In this document: positions 42,726 through 52,430 of the stretch, piece by piece
Position numbering within the stretch: position 1 is the first letter of the stretch
Layout: each line of letters begins with the position of its first letter
Virus record (IMG/VR): IMGVR_UViG_3300024999_000062
DNA: 64,000 nt
Source of the DNA: a virus
Reading direction: 5' to 3' (one strand)
Notes under the pieces: generated by a model
The model's database searches: none
The model's input: only the letters and a program-made list of their open reading frames with translations
What the model was told of the DNA's origin: nothing
Made by a program: the position numbers and the translations under genes

Positions 42726-42754
42726 GATTGTTAAACCTTAATTGATTGTATATT

Positions 42755-43117
42755 ATGAATGAAAAACCGTTATCTCGTGAATTAACATTGACTGTAAAGA
42801 ATCAGTCCTACCCTATTCACTTTCCAAAAGTCAGTCAGCTTTTTGATGTTGAGTCTGAAAAGGCTTTACTTTCAAGAGGGCAGTATGGTGCTATATTAGA
42901 GGCAGGGACAATGGACTCAAGCTTGGTTATTGCTTTAATTAATACTGTTGCAACTTTTAAAGTTCTTTGTCCGAAGTTAATAGAAGATATGAGAATCTCT
43001 ATTATGGACTTAGATCTTCAAGATGCAATGGAGATTGTACAAATCTATTCCAAACAATACTTCCCATGGTATAAAGAGTGGAGAGAGAAGATGGCAAGTT
43101 TAGCTGGTTTAGAGTAG
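42755..43117 (+). CDS. tail assembly chaperone candidate
   Basis: About 120 aa, between the tube and tape measure genes. The ATG at 42755 is preferred over the TTG at 42746. Confidence 0.4.
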   Translation: MNEKPLSRELTLTVKNQSYPIHFPKVSQLFDVESEKALLSRGQYGAILEAGTMDSSLVIALINTVATFKVLCPKLIEDMRISIMDLDLQDAMEIVQIYSKQYFPWYKEWREKMASLAGLE

Positions 43118-43140
43118 AGTATGGTTGTAAGGCTTAAGAT

Positions 43141-43470
43141 GTGTACAGAAATGATAGTTTAAAAGACTTTGTCTGTTCGTGGAACAATAAATTCCCTATT
43201 GACAGGTGGTGGAGGCAAAAACATCAAGTAGCTTTCAATTCATCAGTTCATAGGGATTCTTGTTTTATAGACATGTACTTTGAATTTCTAGAAGATAGAC
43301 TTTGGGAGAAAGCTGTAAGACAACAGGAGAAAGATGAAGATCCTTATATTCCAGGTAGAGGTAATTTTTTGAAGAAGAGAGAGTACACACAGAAAGAAAT
43401 TGATGAGATATTTGACAGGATTGATGTTTCAAAGATGAATGAGAACATAGAAGCTAGTAAGACTAAATGA
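43141..43470 (+). CDS. second small ORF before tape measure (GTG start)
   Basis: 109 aa. It overlaps the tape measure start (ATGA). Confidence 0.35.
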   Translation: MYRNDSLKDFVCSWNNKFPIDRWWRQKHQVAFNSSVHRDSCFIDMYFEFLEDRLWEKAVRQQEKDEDPYIPGRGNFLKKREYTQKEIDEIFDRIDVSKMNENIEASKTK

Positions 43471-45269
43471 GTGATACAACAAAAAGAGTAGTATTTGAAG
43501 GTGTAGACATGGTGTCTGGTGCCTTGAAGTCTATGACTAAGAATGAAAGAGAGTTTTTCCAGACATCTCTCGATCTTGGTGCTAAGTTTTCTCAGACATC
43601 TAGTGGAGTTCTTAAGTTTGTTAATCAAGAAATTGAAGCCAGAAAGCAATTACTTGAGATTACCAAGAAGCAGAAGATTGCAACTACTGAAGCTTATTAT
43701 GAGAGTGAAAAGAAAGGTCGGAAGGGTTCAGTATTAGATGAAATTGAAGCTACAAAAAGAGGCAAGATATCAGGAATTGAAGCTGGTACCAAGAAAGAGC
43801 AAGATCAGCTTGAAGCTCTCAAGAAAATAAATGAAACTCTAGTTACTGGGTTTCAGAGAACTATAGCTGAAGATAGAGATACAGCCAAAAAATGGTTTGA
43901 AACTATTCAAAAGAAAGGTGGAGCAGGACTTTCTGCTGAAGATAAGCTTAAGTTTAAAGTTTATCAAGAGTATTTTGATAAAGAGAAGAAGCCAGAAGAT
44001 GAAAAGAAGAAGAGTAATTTCTGGCCAACTCTTTGGGGCACGATGGGTGGCAACATGATTGCTAAAGCTCTTGATAGAGCTGGTGGGATGGCCGGAGCCC
44101 AGACAGGAGAGTTTGCTTTAGCTCAACTTATGAGTGCCCTCCCAATTGGTGGAGGTTTGTTGAGTACTGTCTATGGTGCTCATTTTTCAGCAGCCATGGC
44201 AGGCCAGATAGGCAGAAAGAGATATCAGTCAATTGCAGGTCGTGGACAAGATGTAAGCGGAGTTCCTTATGGAATGGCAAGTAGTGAAACCGGTCAGCTT
44301 GGAGCTGAACTAGCTTTACAAAGAGGCTCATCAACGAATCTTGGAGGGAGATTGTTAGACCAGATGGCTTTGGAGAAAGCTTTTGGTCTGGATAGAGGTA
44401 CGTTGTTTAAGTTGTCAAAAGGAGAGAGATTTGGTGGCGGTACCGCCATGTCTGGTGTTACTGGGTTAATAAAAGATTTTGGTAAAGAAGTTTTCAAAGG
44501 TGGTGATATGGCAAGAATGCCTGAATTACTTGAACTTCAAATACAGATACAAGAACAACAACTTGATGCACTTGGACGTATTGATTCAAAGTCAGCAAGA
44601 GGCATTCTTGGGTCAATGGTGGAGCTTGGACAGAAGTATTCTATGAACCCTAAGTATATGCAAGGGTTACAAGGAGCTCTTGAATCTCCTGGAAATGAGT
44701 GGCAAAGAGCAAGGCAGTTATCAGTGTTATCAAGACTAAGACCTGGGTCAAGTCTGTGGGAGCTGAATACTATGATGCAAGGTGGGCTTTCAACTCCAGG
44801 TTATATGACTGGTGTGATGAAGTCTATTACTCAGACGGCTGGTTCAGGAGAAGGCAGAAAGTGGTTATTATCAAATATGTTAAGTGGTAGAGGTTGGAAG
44901 AATACTGATATTGATAATCTGATTTCAAAGATGGATAAGGATCCAAACTTGTTTAACAAAGTGGGTTTTGGAGATGTTGAAAAAGATATTCTTAATGTAA
45001 GAGGTAAAGGGAGAGATTTAACTTCACCTTATGCTGTAAAGGCAGCAGCTATTCAAGGAGCTTATGAAGCCGGGCCATGGACAGGTTTTGGGGAAGTTAT
45101 GTCACAGGCTGGAGATGCTTTTTCTACTGCTGTTGCTGATTTTACTGTTGCTATTGCTCAATTAGTTTCTGGTAAAGGTGGTAATAAGTATGATGAAGAG
45201 ATTGCTGAAAAGAAGAGAAAGATTGCTGAAATTAAAGCTAAGATTGCAGCAGCAAAGATAAACGAATAA
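43467..45269 (+). CDS. tape measure protein
   Basis: 600 aa with a helical N-terminal half and a Gly/Ala/Met-rich hydrophobic centre (GGMAGAQTGEFALAQLMSALPIGGGLLSTVYGAHFSAAMAG). It lies downstream of the tube and chaperone genes. Confidence 0.7.
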   Translation: MSDTTKRVVFEGVDMVSGALKSMTKNEREFFQTSLDLGAKFSQTSSGVLKFVNQEIEARKQLLEITKKQKIATTEAYYESEKKGRKGSVLDEIEATKRGKISGIEAGTKKEQDQLEALKKINETLVTGFQRTIAEDRDTAKKWFETIQKKGGAGLSAEDKLKFKVYQEYFDKEKKPEDEKKKSNFWPTLWGTMGGNMIAKALDRAGGMAGAQTGEFALAQLMSALPIGGGLLSTVYGAHFSAAMAGQIGRKRYQSIAGRGQDVSGVPYGMASSETGQLGAELALQRGSSTNLGGRLLDQMALEKAFGLDRGTLFKLSKGERFGGGTAMSGVTGLIKDFGKEVFKGGDMARMPELLELQIQIQEQQLDALGRIDSKSARGILGSMVELGQKYSMNPKYMQGLQGALESPGNEWQRARQLSVLSRLRPGSSLWELNTMMQGGLSTPGYMTGVMKSITQTAGSGEGRKWLLSNMLSGRGWKNTDIDNLISKMDKDPNLFNKVGFGDVEKDILNVRGKGRDLTSPYAVKAAAIQGAYEAGPWTGFGEVMSQAGDAFSTAVADFTVAIAQLVSGKGGNKYDEEIAEKKRKIAEIKAKIAAAKINE

Positions 45270-48200
45270 TGAAGACTTTAACATATACTCATCGTGATTC
45301 ATCTATTCCAGATATAAGAAATTTTTTATATCCAGATAGTTTTGTTGGTGTAGTTAAGGGTTGGAGTTATTATGGTTTTCTTACATTTAAAGGAGAGACT
45401 GAAATTTCTAATCTCCAGAGAGTCTGGACTGCTTATGCCTCTTTTGAGAAGGGAGATAATAAAGAGTTATATGATGATCTAGTTAGTCATATTACAGATG
45501 AAAGTTATTTGAATTCAAAAGGTGGAGATTTGCCATTAAGAGTGGGTACAACTCTTTTACTTGACTTACAGTATCTTGACAGAGAAGTGATGATTACAGA
45601 ATCTAATCAAGAAGTAAGACAAGAAACATTTCAAGAATTCTGGATTGATGGACTAAGAAAGTTACAGTTTGATAAGAGATATCAAAAAGTAAGTGAACTA
45701 TCTCTTACGAAACTTGGGCTTACTCAAAACATATTTCCAAAAGTTACAGTATGGGTATGGTGTAAGAAGCTTTCAACTTCTAAGCTTAATCCTGTTACTG
45801 GTATTAATGAAGTAACTAACTTAGACGGTCAGATTTTTAATCTTACACCATTTGTTCAAGAGATGTCGACTACAGTTGGTGGAGATGGAGGGAGTTTTAA
45901 TCTTAGTCTTTCACCTATTGTTGGTAAATGGGAGAATGGGTTATGGCAAGTTGATCAAGACTTTCTAAAGACAGTAAATTCAGATCAGTTACAGTTTGTA
46001 GCAACATCTTCATTACACAAAAGGAGTGAAAAGTTTGAACGACAGAATTACTTTTTTGAAAAAGCTATCTCCGCCAATGATGTTATTTTTATTCGTTTTG
46101 AGACTCTTGAAATGGAGATTCAAGATAGAGTGAAGAATGTGAAAGACTTTTATATAGATAAGTCATCTCTTCCAAATAAGGTGTATGACATGATTGGATT
46201 GATTGATACAGTAAAGTCCACAGTAACTCCATCAAGTCATGATGTAAAGATAGATGTTACTGGGAGAGACATGATGAAGTTGTTAGTAGAAGATGGGATT
46301 TATTATTATTTATCTGATATGTTAGCTGGATTTTTTGGGAATCAGCAAGATCCAGAAAGTATAGAAAGATTTGATGGTAAGGTTGTGATGTTAACTCAAG
46401 ACTTAGTTAAGTCTATTGGGTATTCTTTAAAGTTTGTGATTAATGGGATGTCTACTATTGGTGTCTGTCCAGATAATTTGTTTGATGCTTATTCCAGATC
46501 TTATGAAGGCAATGTGAATGATGTAACTTCAATTCAAATTACACAACCAGGAGCACCAATACTAGGGCTGACTCCTAAAGACAGAAGAAGCAAGAAGTTT
46601 GTACTTCATTCAAATCGTCAGGAAGTTACTGCTTTACAACAAAAGACTAATAATGAAGTTAGTGAATTAAAGACAACAGCCTTATCAAAGATCTCAGAAG
46701 TCAAGGGAGTGAATGATAAGACAGGTGACCCTGAAGAAGCTTTGAATAAGATTGTACCTTTTTTAGAAGCTCTTGATAAAGCAGGAGTTTTAAATAAGAC
46801 AAACGGGATAGTTAGTGGATGGGAAGATTCTGATTTAGCTGGAAAAGATGAGGTACCAGATGAAATTTATGATGATTTGTTTAAGAAGAATGTTCTTGTT
46901 TCTTATACTTCTCCAAAACCTTTAAAGAGTGTAACAAGAGATAATAATGGTGTTGTTCATACATCAACTTATTATCCACAAGGTCAAACTACTCAGCTTG
47001 ATAGATTAAAAGAAGAGTTAAGTATAAGACAGTCTATTCTTAACAGTAGGCAGACTAAGTTGGCTCAAATGCAGAAGAGAACAACTACCACAAACCCTTT
47101 CAAGAGACAGAGAGATGGGCTACAGAATATAGTAGATAAGGAGGTCCAGGTAGCCTTGATTGAGATTGAGATCTTTAATAAAGAGAATCCAGGAGCTGCT
47201 GTAGATACTGACTATAGTCAAGTTGTACAGAGTGTTGACCACTATAGTGATCTTCAGGAAGCTATTGATAATTATGACCAATATGATCAAGATCATGCCA
47301 GAATAACTGGTGGTTATACTGAAGATGAAGTGACACAAGCTAAGGCTGATGTCCAGTCATCTAAGGCTGATATAGCTGAAACAAATCAAAAGATAAAGGC
47401 TCTTTCAAAAACTACTTATACAAAGAAGGTGTTTTCACAACTAATTCCAAAAGAACAATCTGTCGTCCAGTCTGCCTATAACTATTTGTTAAAGAAGGGC
47501 ATTACTTATCCAGAAGTAATAAAAGATGTAGAAGAGAAAGTAATGAGAGGTGTTTGGCAGATAATTAAGTTAGTGGTTGATAGTAATGTTGAGAATAAGA
47601 GACTGGTTGATAACACTCTTGGGAATGAGATGGGAAGTTTAGTGAATGCTATTCATAAGATTTGTCAAGACCCATTTGTTGAGTTTTTTGGAGATACTTA
47701 TTATGATCAATATCATTTTGTAGTCAGAAAACCTCCTACAGACTATGTAGGCTATAGACAGTTGAAAGATGTAGCTGTCACTATAGAACCTCATGATGTT
47801 GTTAGTGAAGAGTTGGAGATGGGAGCAGAAGAGATTTATTCTTGGTATCGACTAACTCCACAAGCCTTGATTGATGGAATGTCTGATGAAATGGTAAGAA
47901 TGTATATTAAAGCTATTAGATTTTCTGAGTATGCCTATATTTGGGGAGAGAAGTCCCTGGATCAAGTTACAAATTATCAAGACTATCAACCAGCACTTGG
48001 AGCTAATCAATCACTACCAGCAGCCTATATTGTTCGTTCTGCTGTTGAAGCTTTGAAGTATTTGATTGAAAGTCATGCCTATATGCCTTTTGTAAGAAAG
48101 GGATCTATTCAGATTATCGGTAATAGAACAATAAAGAGAGGGACAGTGATTCGTTACAAAGGGACAGGTGAAGTGTTTTATGTAGAGTCTGTAACAAATA

Positions 48201-48514
48201 GTTATACAGTATCAGGTTCAGGTATTAACCGAATTACAACTCTCGAAGTTTCAAGAGGGATGGTGGAACAGTACTTTGAAAAGTACTTCAACATTATCAA
48301 TCTTGAGTTTGATAGAAGAGTGTCTTTTACTGAAGGGTTTGGTTATCAAGATTGGGTTACAAGAGTGTTTCATAACTGGGTTGTAAATTCTCCAGAAAAT
48401 AATGGTAAGTTTTCAAATTTTAATTTTTTCTTAGCTGGCCTACAATTCACGGATGAGAAATTTTTAGTAAAAGATGATGTTAAGTCTAAAATTGATGAAG
48501 AAAACATAGTATAA
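45269..48514 (+). CDS. large baseplate hub / tail-tip protein (by position)
   Basis: 1081 aa, directly after the tape measure (TAATG overlap). Confidence 0.45.
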   Translation: MKTLTYTHRDSSIPDIRNFLYPDSFVGVVKGWSYYGFLTFKGETEISNLQRVWTAYASFEKGDNKELYDDLVSHITDESYLNSKGGDLPLRVGTTLLLDLQYLDREVMITESNQEVRQETFQEFWIDGLRKLQFDKRYQKVSELSLTKLGLTQNIFPKVTVWVWCKKLSTSKLNPVTGINEVTNLDGQIFNLTPFVQEMSTTVGGDGGSFNLSLSPIVGKWENGLWQVDQDFLKTVNSDQLQFVATSSLHKRSEKFERQNYFFEKAISANDVIFIRFETLEMEIQDRVKNVKDFYIDKSSLPNKVYDMIGLIDTVKSTVTPSSHDVKIDVTGRDMMKLLVEDGIYYYLSDMLAGFFGNQQDPESIERFDGKVVMLTQDLVKSIGYSLKFVINGMSTIGVCPDNLFDAYSRSYEGNVNDVTSIQITQPGAPILGLTPKDRRSKKFVLHSNRQEVTALQQKTNNEVSELKTTALSKISEVKGVNDKTGDPEEALNKIVPFLEALDKAGVLNKTNGIVSGWEDSDLAGKDEVPDEIYDDLFKKNVLVSYTSPKPLKSVTRDNNGVVHTSTYYPQGQTTQLDRLKEELSIRQSILNSRQTKLAQMQKRTTTTNPFKRQRDGLQNIVDKEVQVALIEIEIFNKENPGAAVDTDYSQVVQSVDHYSDLQEAIDNYDQYDQDHARITGGYTEDEVTQAKADVQSSKADIAETNQKIKALSKTTYTKKVFSQLIPKEQSVVQSAYNYLLKKGITYPEVIKDVEEKVMRGVWQIIKLVVDSNVENKRLVDNTLGNEMGSLVNAIHKICQDPFVEFFGDTYYDQYHFVVRKPPTDYVGYRQLKDVAVTIEPHDVVSEELEMGAEEIYSWYRLTPQALIDGMSDEMVRMYIKAIRFSEYAYIWGEKSLDQVTNYQDYQPALGANQSLPAAYIVRSAVEALKYLIESHAYMPFVRKGSIQIIGNRTIKRGTVIRYKGTGEVFYVESVTNSYTVSGSGINRITTLEVSRGMVEQYFEKYFNIINLEFDRRVSFTEGFGYQDWVTRVFHNWVVNSPENNGKFSNFNFFLAGLQFTDEKFLVKDDVKSKIDEENIV

Positions 48515-48515
48515 G

Positions 48516-49445
48516 ATGCAGGTAAGTAAATTAGGAGTTCCTGGAAATAGATTGACTGCTGGAGTAGGTTTTTTGTATATACCAAAAGATTTGGCAAGAG
48601 AGAAGTTTGTTACTGCATGTTATAAAAATGGGACTGTAAGTTTTGTTACAGAACATGGAGAACGTTTTGATAATGTTAAAGTTTCTAAGAATCTTTTTAA
48701 AGAATTAGAATTTCCAGATAGTACAGACGTTCTAGGTTCTGAAGTTTTTTGGGTCTTGACTCCAAAGTATAAGCAGCCAGTTATTGTAGGGATTTTGATG
48801 AGAAATGGAGAGTTCTTGAATCTGGCTGAAGGGCAATTCCTTTTAAGTAAGAAGACTTCTGCAGGTTATGTAGAGGTGTTTGGTAGTGTTAAAGATGGGA
48901 GTAATTTAGTTCTCAAGTTAGAGTCTGAAATCCCAAATGGGAAGATTTTGATAGCTTCCACTTCTCGTGATAATTCAGGAGAAATTGAATTATATGCTGA
49001 TGGAAAGACAAAGATTGATTCAAGTGGGCAAGTTGAAGTTCATTCTTCTCAAGAAGTCTTAATGGATGTAACTGATTATGAGAATACCCCGAATGACCAA
49101 TTGAGCTTAAGTCTCTCAAAAGATAATGGGTTTACTTATACAGATGCTTTCTCAAATAGGATTTCTTGTGATAAGGATGGGACAATAACTTTATTTCCAG
49201 CTGTGAAATTGATGATTCAAGAAGGGACTGAACCAATTCCTTTAGGGACTACTCTAAAAGAGAACTTGAACAAAGAAAAGTCAGTCTTAACAGATCTTTT
49301 AGATACTCTGAAGAATGTCACTCCAGTAAGTGTTGTATCAGGAAGTCCTGATGCAACTTGGTCAGCTTTAATACTTCAACTTCAAACGATAGTGAATAGA
49401 GGAGATTATTCAAATATTAATTCTGAAGTTTCATTTACAAAGTAG
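48516..49445 (+). CDS. central spike / gpV-like baseplate protein candidate
   Basis: 309 aa. The C-terminal half has short beta-strand periodicity (LVLKLESEIPNGKILIASTS...IELYADGKTKIDSSGQVEVHSS). Confidence 0.4.
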   Translation: MQVSKLGVPGNRLTAGVGFLYIPKDLAREKFVTACYKNGTVSFVTEHGERFDNVKVSKNLFKELEFPDSTDVLGSEVFWVLTPKYKQPVIVGILMRNGEFLNLAEGQFLLSKKTSAGYVEVFGSVKDGSNLVLKLESEIPNGKILIASTSRDNSGEIELYADGKTKIDSSGQVEVHSSQEVLMDVTDYENTPNDQLSLSLSKDNGFTYTDAFSNRISCDKDGTITLFPAVKLMIQEGTEPIPLGTTLKENLNKEKSVLTDLLDTLKNVTPVSVVSGSPDATWSALILQLQTIVNRGDYSNINSEVSFTK

Positions 49446-49469
49446 AGAAATTTTTATTATTTTTATGAA

Positions 49470-50285
49470 ATGTTAGCCAAAGATAGAGCAGAGCAGTTAA
49501 TTGCCAGTATTGGCAGATCAGGGTTGAATACTCTCTTTCCTAATGACTTTGAGTATTATTTTATGGCTTTAGAGTTAGTAAATAGTCAAGATGAAGTGAT
49601 TGATTACTTTGCTTTCCCAATTATACCAGATATAAGACAAGAAGAACCAAAGATTAAGTCAATGACACAAACAGATGGAGGTTTAGTTATTATTTCTTCT
49701 TCTACAGTATTTGTGCCAAAGCCCATTACGTTAACTGGAGACTTTGGGAGAAAGCTAAGAATTTTGTTTAGAGGTGGAGAAGCCTTAACATTTTCAGCTC
49801 TCAGATTTTCTGGAGTAAAGACTAAAGAAGATCTTGTTCAAAATTTTGTTACTTTAAGAAAAGCTGCTTTTGACCCATCAATCAAGACAGGGTATGGTTG
49901 TATCAAGATTTTACAGTCTATTTGTGACAAATCTGATGGACTAGATGATCTTGGTAAGCCTTTTAAGTTGAATTTGTATAATATGGCTCTTGGAGAAGCT
50001 TATTGGGTTAAAGTTGATCGATTGACCTTGAATCAAGAGAAGACTAAGAACATGATTTGGGGGTTTAGTCTACAATTAAGTGCCATAGCTAGACTAGAAC
50101 ATGTTATTGGGAATATTCAGGGTTCTATGGCAAAAAGACTAGGCTTAAGCCTTTTACAGTCAGAGGTAAATGTATTGGCAGGAAGTCTATTAAGAAATCT
50201 CTCTCAGGATGATATTCAGAATAAGGGAATTGACAAGTTACAAGGGACATTAAAGAAGTTCAAATCAATTTATAGTAAAAAATGA
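49470..50285 (+). CDS. baseplate-module protein
   Basis: A 271-aa ORF, assigned by position only. Confidence 0.4.
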   Translation: MLAKDRAEQLIASIGRSGLNTLFPNDFEYYFMALELVNSQDEVIDYFAFPIIPDIRQEEPKIKSMTQTDGGLVIISSSTVFVPKPITLTGDFGRKLRILFRGGEALTFSALRFSGVKTKEDLVQNFVTLRKAAFDPSIKTGYGCIKILQSICDKSDGLDDLGKPFKLNLYNMALGEAYWVKVDRLTLNQEKTKNMIWGFSLQLSAIARLEHVIGNIQGSMAKRLGLSLLQSEVNVLAGSLLRNLSQDDIQNKGIDKLQGTLKKFKSIYSKK

Positions 50286-51202
50286 AACCAGAAATTATAG
50301 AGAGATTTGGTGATATCTTACAATACCCTGTTCAGGAGTTTATGTCTGGGTTTGTAAACTTTACAAGAATTTATGCAAACAATATTCTTGACTATTATCA
50401 AGGGAATACTGCTGTCCCTGATATGGAGTCTTTTACACAATTAGCTTATCTTCTACAACAATCTCATGTAATTGAAGAGTTAGTTGTACAGAAACAATAT
50501 CAGTTCGATTCTTATGGGTATTATGAATTGTGTGAGCAACTAGATGATATTAAGACTAAGCTTGAAGGGTTTGATAATGCTTCAAGATGGTGCAGAAGCT
50601 CTATCACTAAGAATAGTTACTCCTCAGTTGTTCAACAAGATTTTGTTTTGAGAAGTCAACAGACTATTGAAAGTTTGAGTAGAGAAGTTGGCCAGCCTGA
50701 TTGGGATAATCAATGGGTTGATATTGCTACAAAGAATGATCTAACCGAAGAAGAGTATACACCAGCTGGAGGGAACATATTGAAGTATTCTTTTCAAAGT
50801 AATTTGAAATTGTTTATTGAGACAGTAGTTGATAATATTGCAGGTCAGACCGTTTATGGGAAAGATTTTGATAAGAAAATTACTTTTGAAGATGATGACT
50901 TAAAGGTTCTTTCATATAGAAAGACTATTGAACAGGCTGTATATATTCTACTTAATCTGAGAAAAGGGGATAGTCCAGAGTTTCCACAAGATGGGATCCA
51001 GAGTAATTTGGTAGTAGGTGGAAATATGGGCAATGTTACTTTACCAGTTATTTTCAAACAAATAGCCCAGACTTTTAGTAAAGATGATACACTGAAGTCA
51101 TTACAGATTTTGGATTTTAAAAAAGAAGAAGATAAGATTAGTTTAAGTTGCCAGATAGAAACTAGATTAGGAGAAGTTGTTCCACAATTAGTTGTTTTAT
51201 AG
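50282..51202 (+). CDS. gp25/GpW-like baseplate wedge protein (C-terminal domain)
   Basis: ILLNLRKGDSPEFPQDGIQSNLVVG resembles the GPW_gp25 block (T.kGER...P.FG). Confidence 0.5.
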   Translation: MKPEIIERFGDILQYPVQEFMSGFVNFTRIYANNILDYYQGNTAVPDMESFTQLAYLLQQSHVIEELVVQKQYQFDSYGYYELCEQLDDIKTKLEGFDNASRWCRSSITKNSYSSVVQQDFVLRSQQTIESLSREVGQPDWDNQWVDIATKNDLTEEEYTPAGGNILKYSFQSNLKLFIETVVDNIAGQTVYGKDFDKKITFEDDDLKVLSYRKTIEQAVYILLNLRKGDSPEFPQDGIQSNLVVGGNMGNVTLPVIFKQIAQTFSKDDTLKSLQILDFKKEEDKISLSCQIETRLGEVVPQLVVL

Positions 51203-51227
51203 CAAGAATTTTTATAATTTTAGAAAA

Positions 51228-52427
51228 ATGTTTACAAAACCACAAACAGTAGTAGATCTTAAGACTTTGTTTCTTGAAGGGTTGATTAATCATACAACTA
51301 AAGTGACAAAGATTTCTGATGATAGTGTGTTATCAGGAGTAGGTTATGGGATTGCTAAAGTGGCTCAAAAAGCCATGAAAGACATAGCCTTAATTGAATC
51401 TCATTTGTTTGTCGAATCAGCTTATGGAGATCATTTAGATTTAATAGCTGACAGACTAGGGATTAGCCCTAGATTTACAGCAGCTGGAAGTTCTACTTAC
51501 TTAAGATTAGTAGCTGACCCTGGAACTTTCTATCAAAGAACAATACACTCTTTTACAGGAGCTCATGGGATTGAGTTTGAATTAGAAAATGATGTAACTA
51601 TTGGAGTCCACGGGTTTAATTATGTAAAAGTTCGAAGTACAACGACAGGGAAGAAGACTAATGTAGATCCTGTTTCAGTTAATCAAGTTACTCCAATTCC
51701 AACAGGTCATCAGTATGTGATTAATGAAGTTATGCCTTATAATGGGAGAGATGCTGAAAGCGATGATTTGTTTAGAAAAAGAATTAAAGAAACCCCCAAT
51801 CTTTGTGCTAGATCTACTATCAGTTATATTGAGCAAGTGTTAATGAAGCTTCAACCAGATGTATTAAGAGTTATTTATGCTGGTGTAGATGATAATGGGA
51901 AAGATACTTTGATGGTTGTAACTCAAAGTGGAATAGATTTAACTGTAGTTGAACTCAATACATTGGCTGCTAGTTCAGCCGACTTCTTGGCAGTATCAGA
52001 GCTTAAGCCTTGGGGGTATACAGTTTATGGAGTTAAGTACATCAACCCAACCTGGGATTATGTAGATGTAGATATGAGAGTTGATATTGATAATACTGCA
52101 AACCCAGATGACATAAGAAGAGATATTCAGATTGGTTTTTTGAAATATCTAGATTTTCGTTATTGGGATTATAGTAAGAAAGTTGAATGGGATGATTTGT
52201 TACAGATAGCAAAGTCAACAAAAGGAGTCAAGTATGTACCTGATCAGATGTTTAACCCTCAAGTAGACAAGATAATTCCCACTAACAAGTTACCTAGAAT
52301 GAGAAGCTTTATTTTAAGAAATTTGGCTGGGACAATCATTTCTAATGTTTCTGGGACAATTCAACCTATTTTTTATCCAAATTCTCAAGATGAGAGTTAT
52401 AGAACAACTGTTCTTTATTCTATTTAA
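51228..52427 (+). CDS. Baseplate J-like protein
   Basis: About 399 aa. NGRDAESDDLFRKRIKE matches the conserved G.d.EsDe.lR.Ri block of the Baseplate_J family. The ATG at 51228 is preferred over the TTG at 51192. Confidence 0.7.
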   Translation: MFTKPQTVVDLKTLFLEGLINHTTKVTKISDDSVLSGVGYGIAKVAQKAMKDIALIESHLFVESAYGDHLDLIADRLGISPRFTAAGSSTYLRLVADPGTFYQRTIHSFTGAHGIEFELENDVTIGVHGFNYVKVRSTTTGKKTNVDPVSVNQVTPIPTGHQYVINEVMPYNGRDAESDDLFRKRIKETPNLCARSTISYIEQVLMKLQPDVLRVIYAGVDDNGKDTLMVVTQSGIDLTVVELNTLAASSADFLAVSELKPWGYTVYGVKYINPTWDYVDVDMRVDIDNTANPDDIRRDIQIGFLKYLDFRYWDYSKKVEWDDLLQIAKSTKGVKYVPDQMFNPQVDKIIPTNKLPRMRSFILRNLAGTIISNVSGTIQPIFYPNSQDESYRTTVLYSI

Positions 52428-52430
52428 GTT

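Noticed and set aside
43081-43141. Programmed -1 frameshift joining the two tail chaperone ORFs (G/GT-like)
   Set aside because: The downstream ORF is in the -1 frame relative to the upstream one, but that frame is closed by a TAA at 43135-43137 and does not overlap the upstream ORF. I saw no slippery heptamer.
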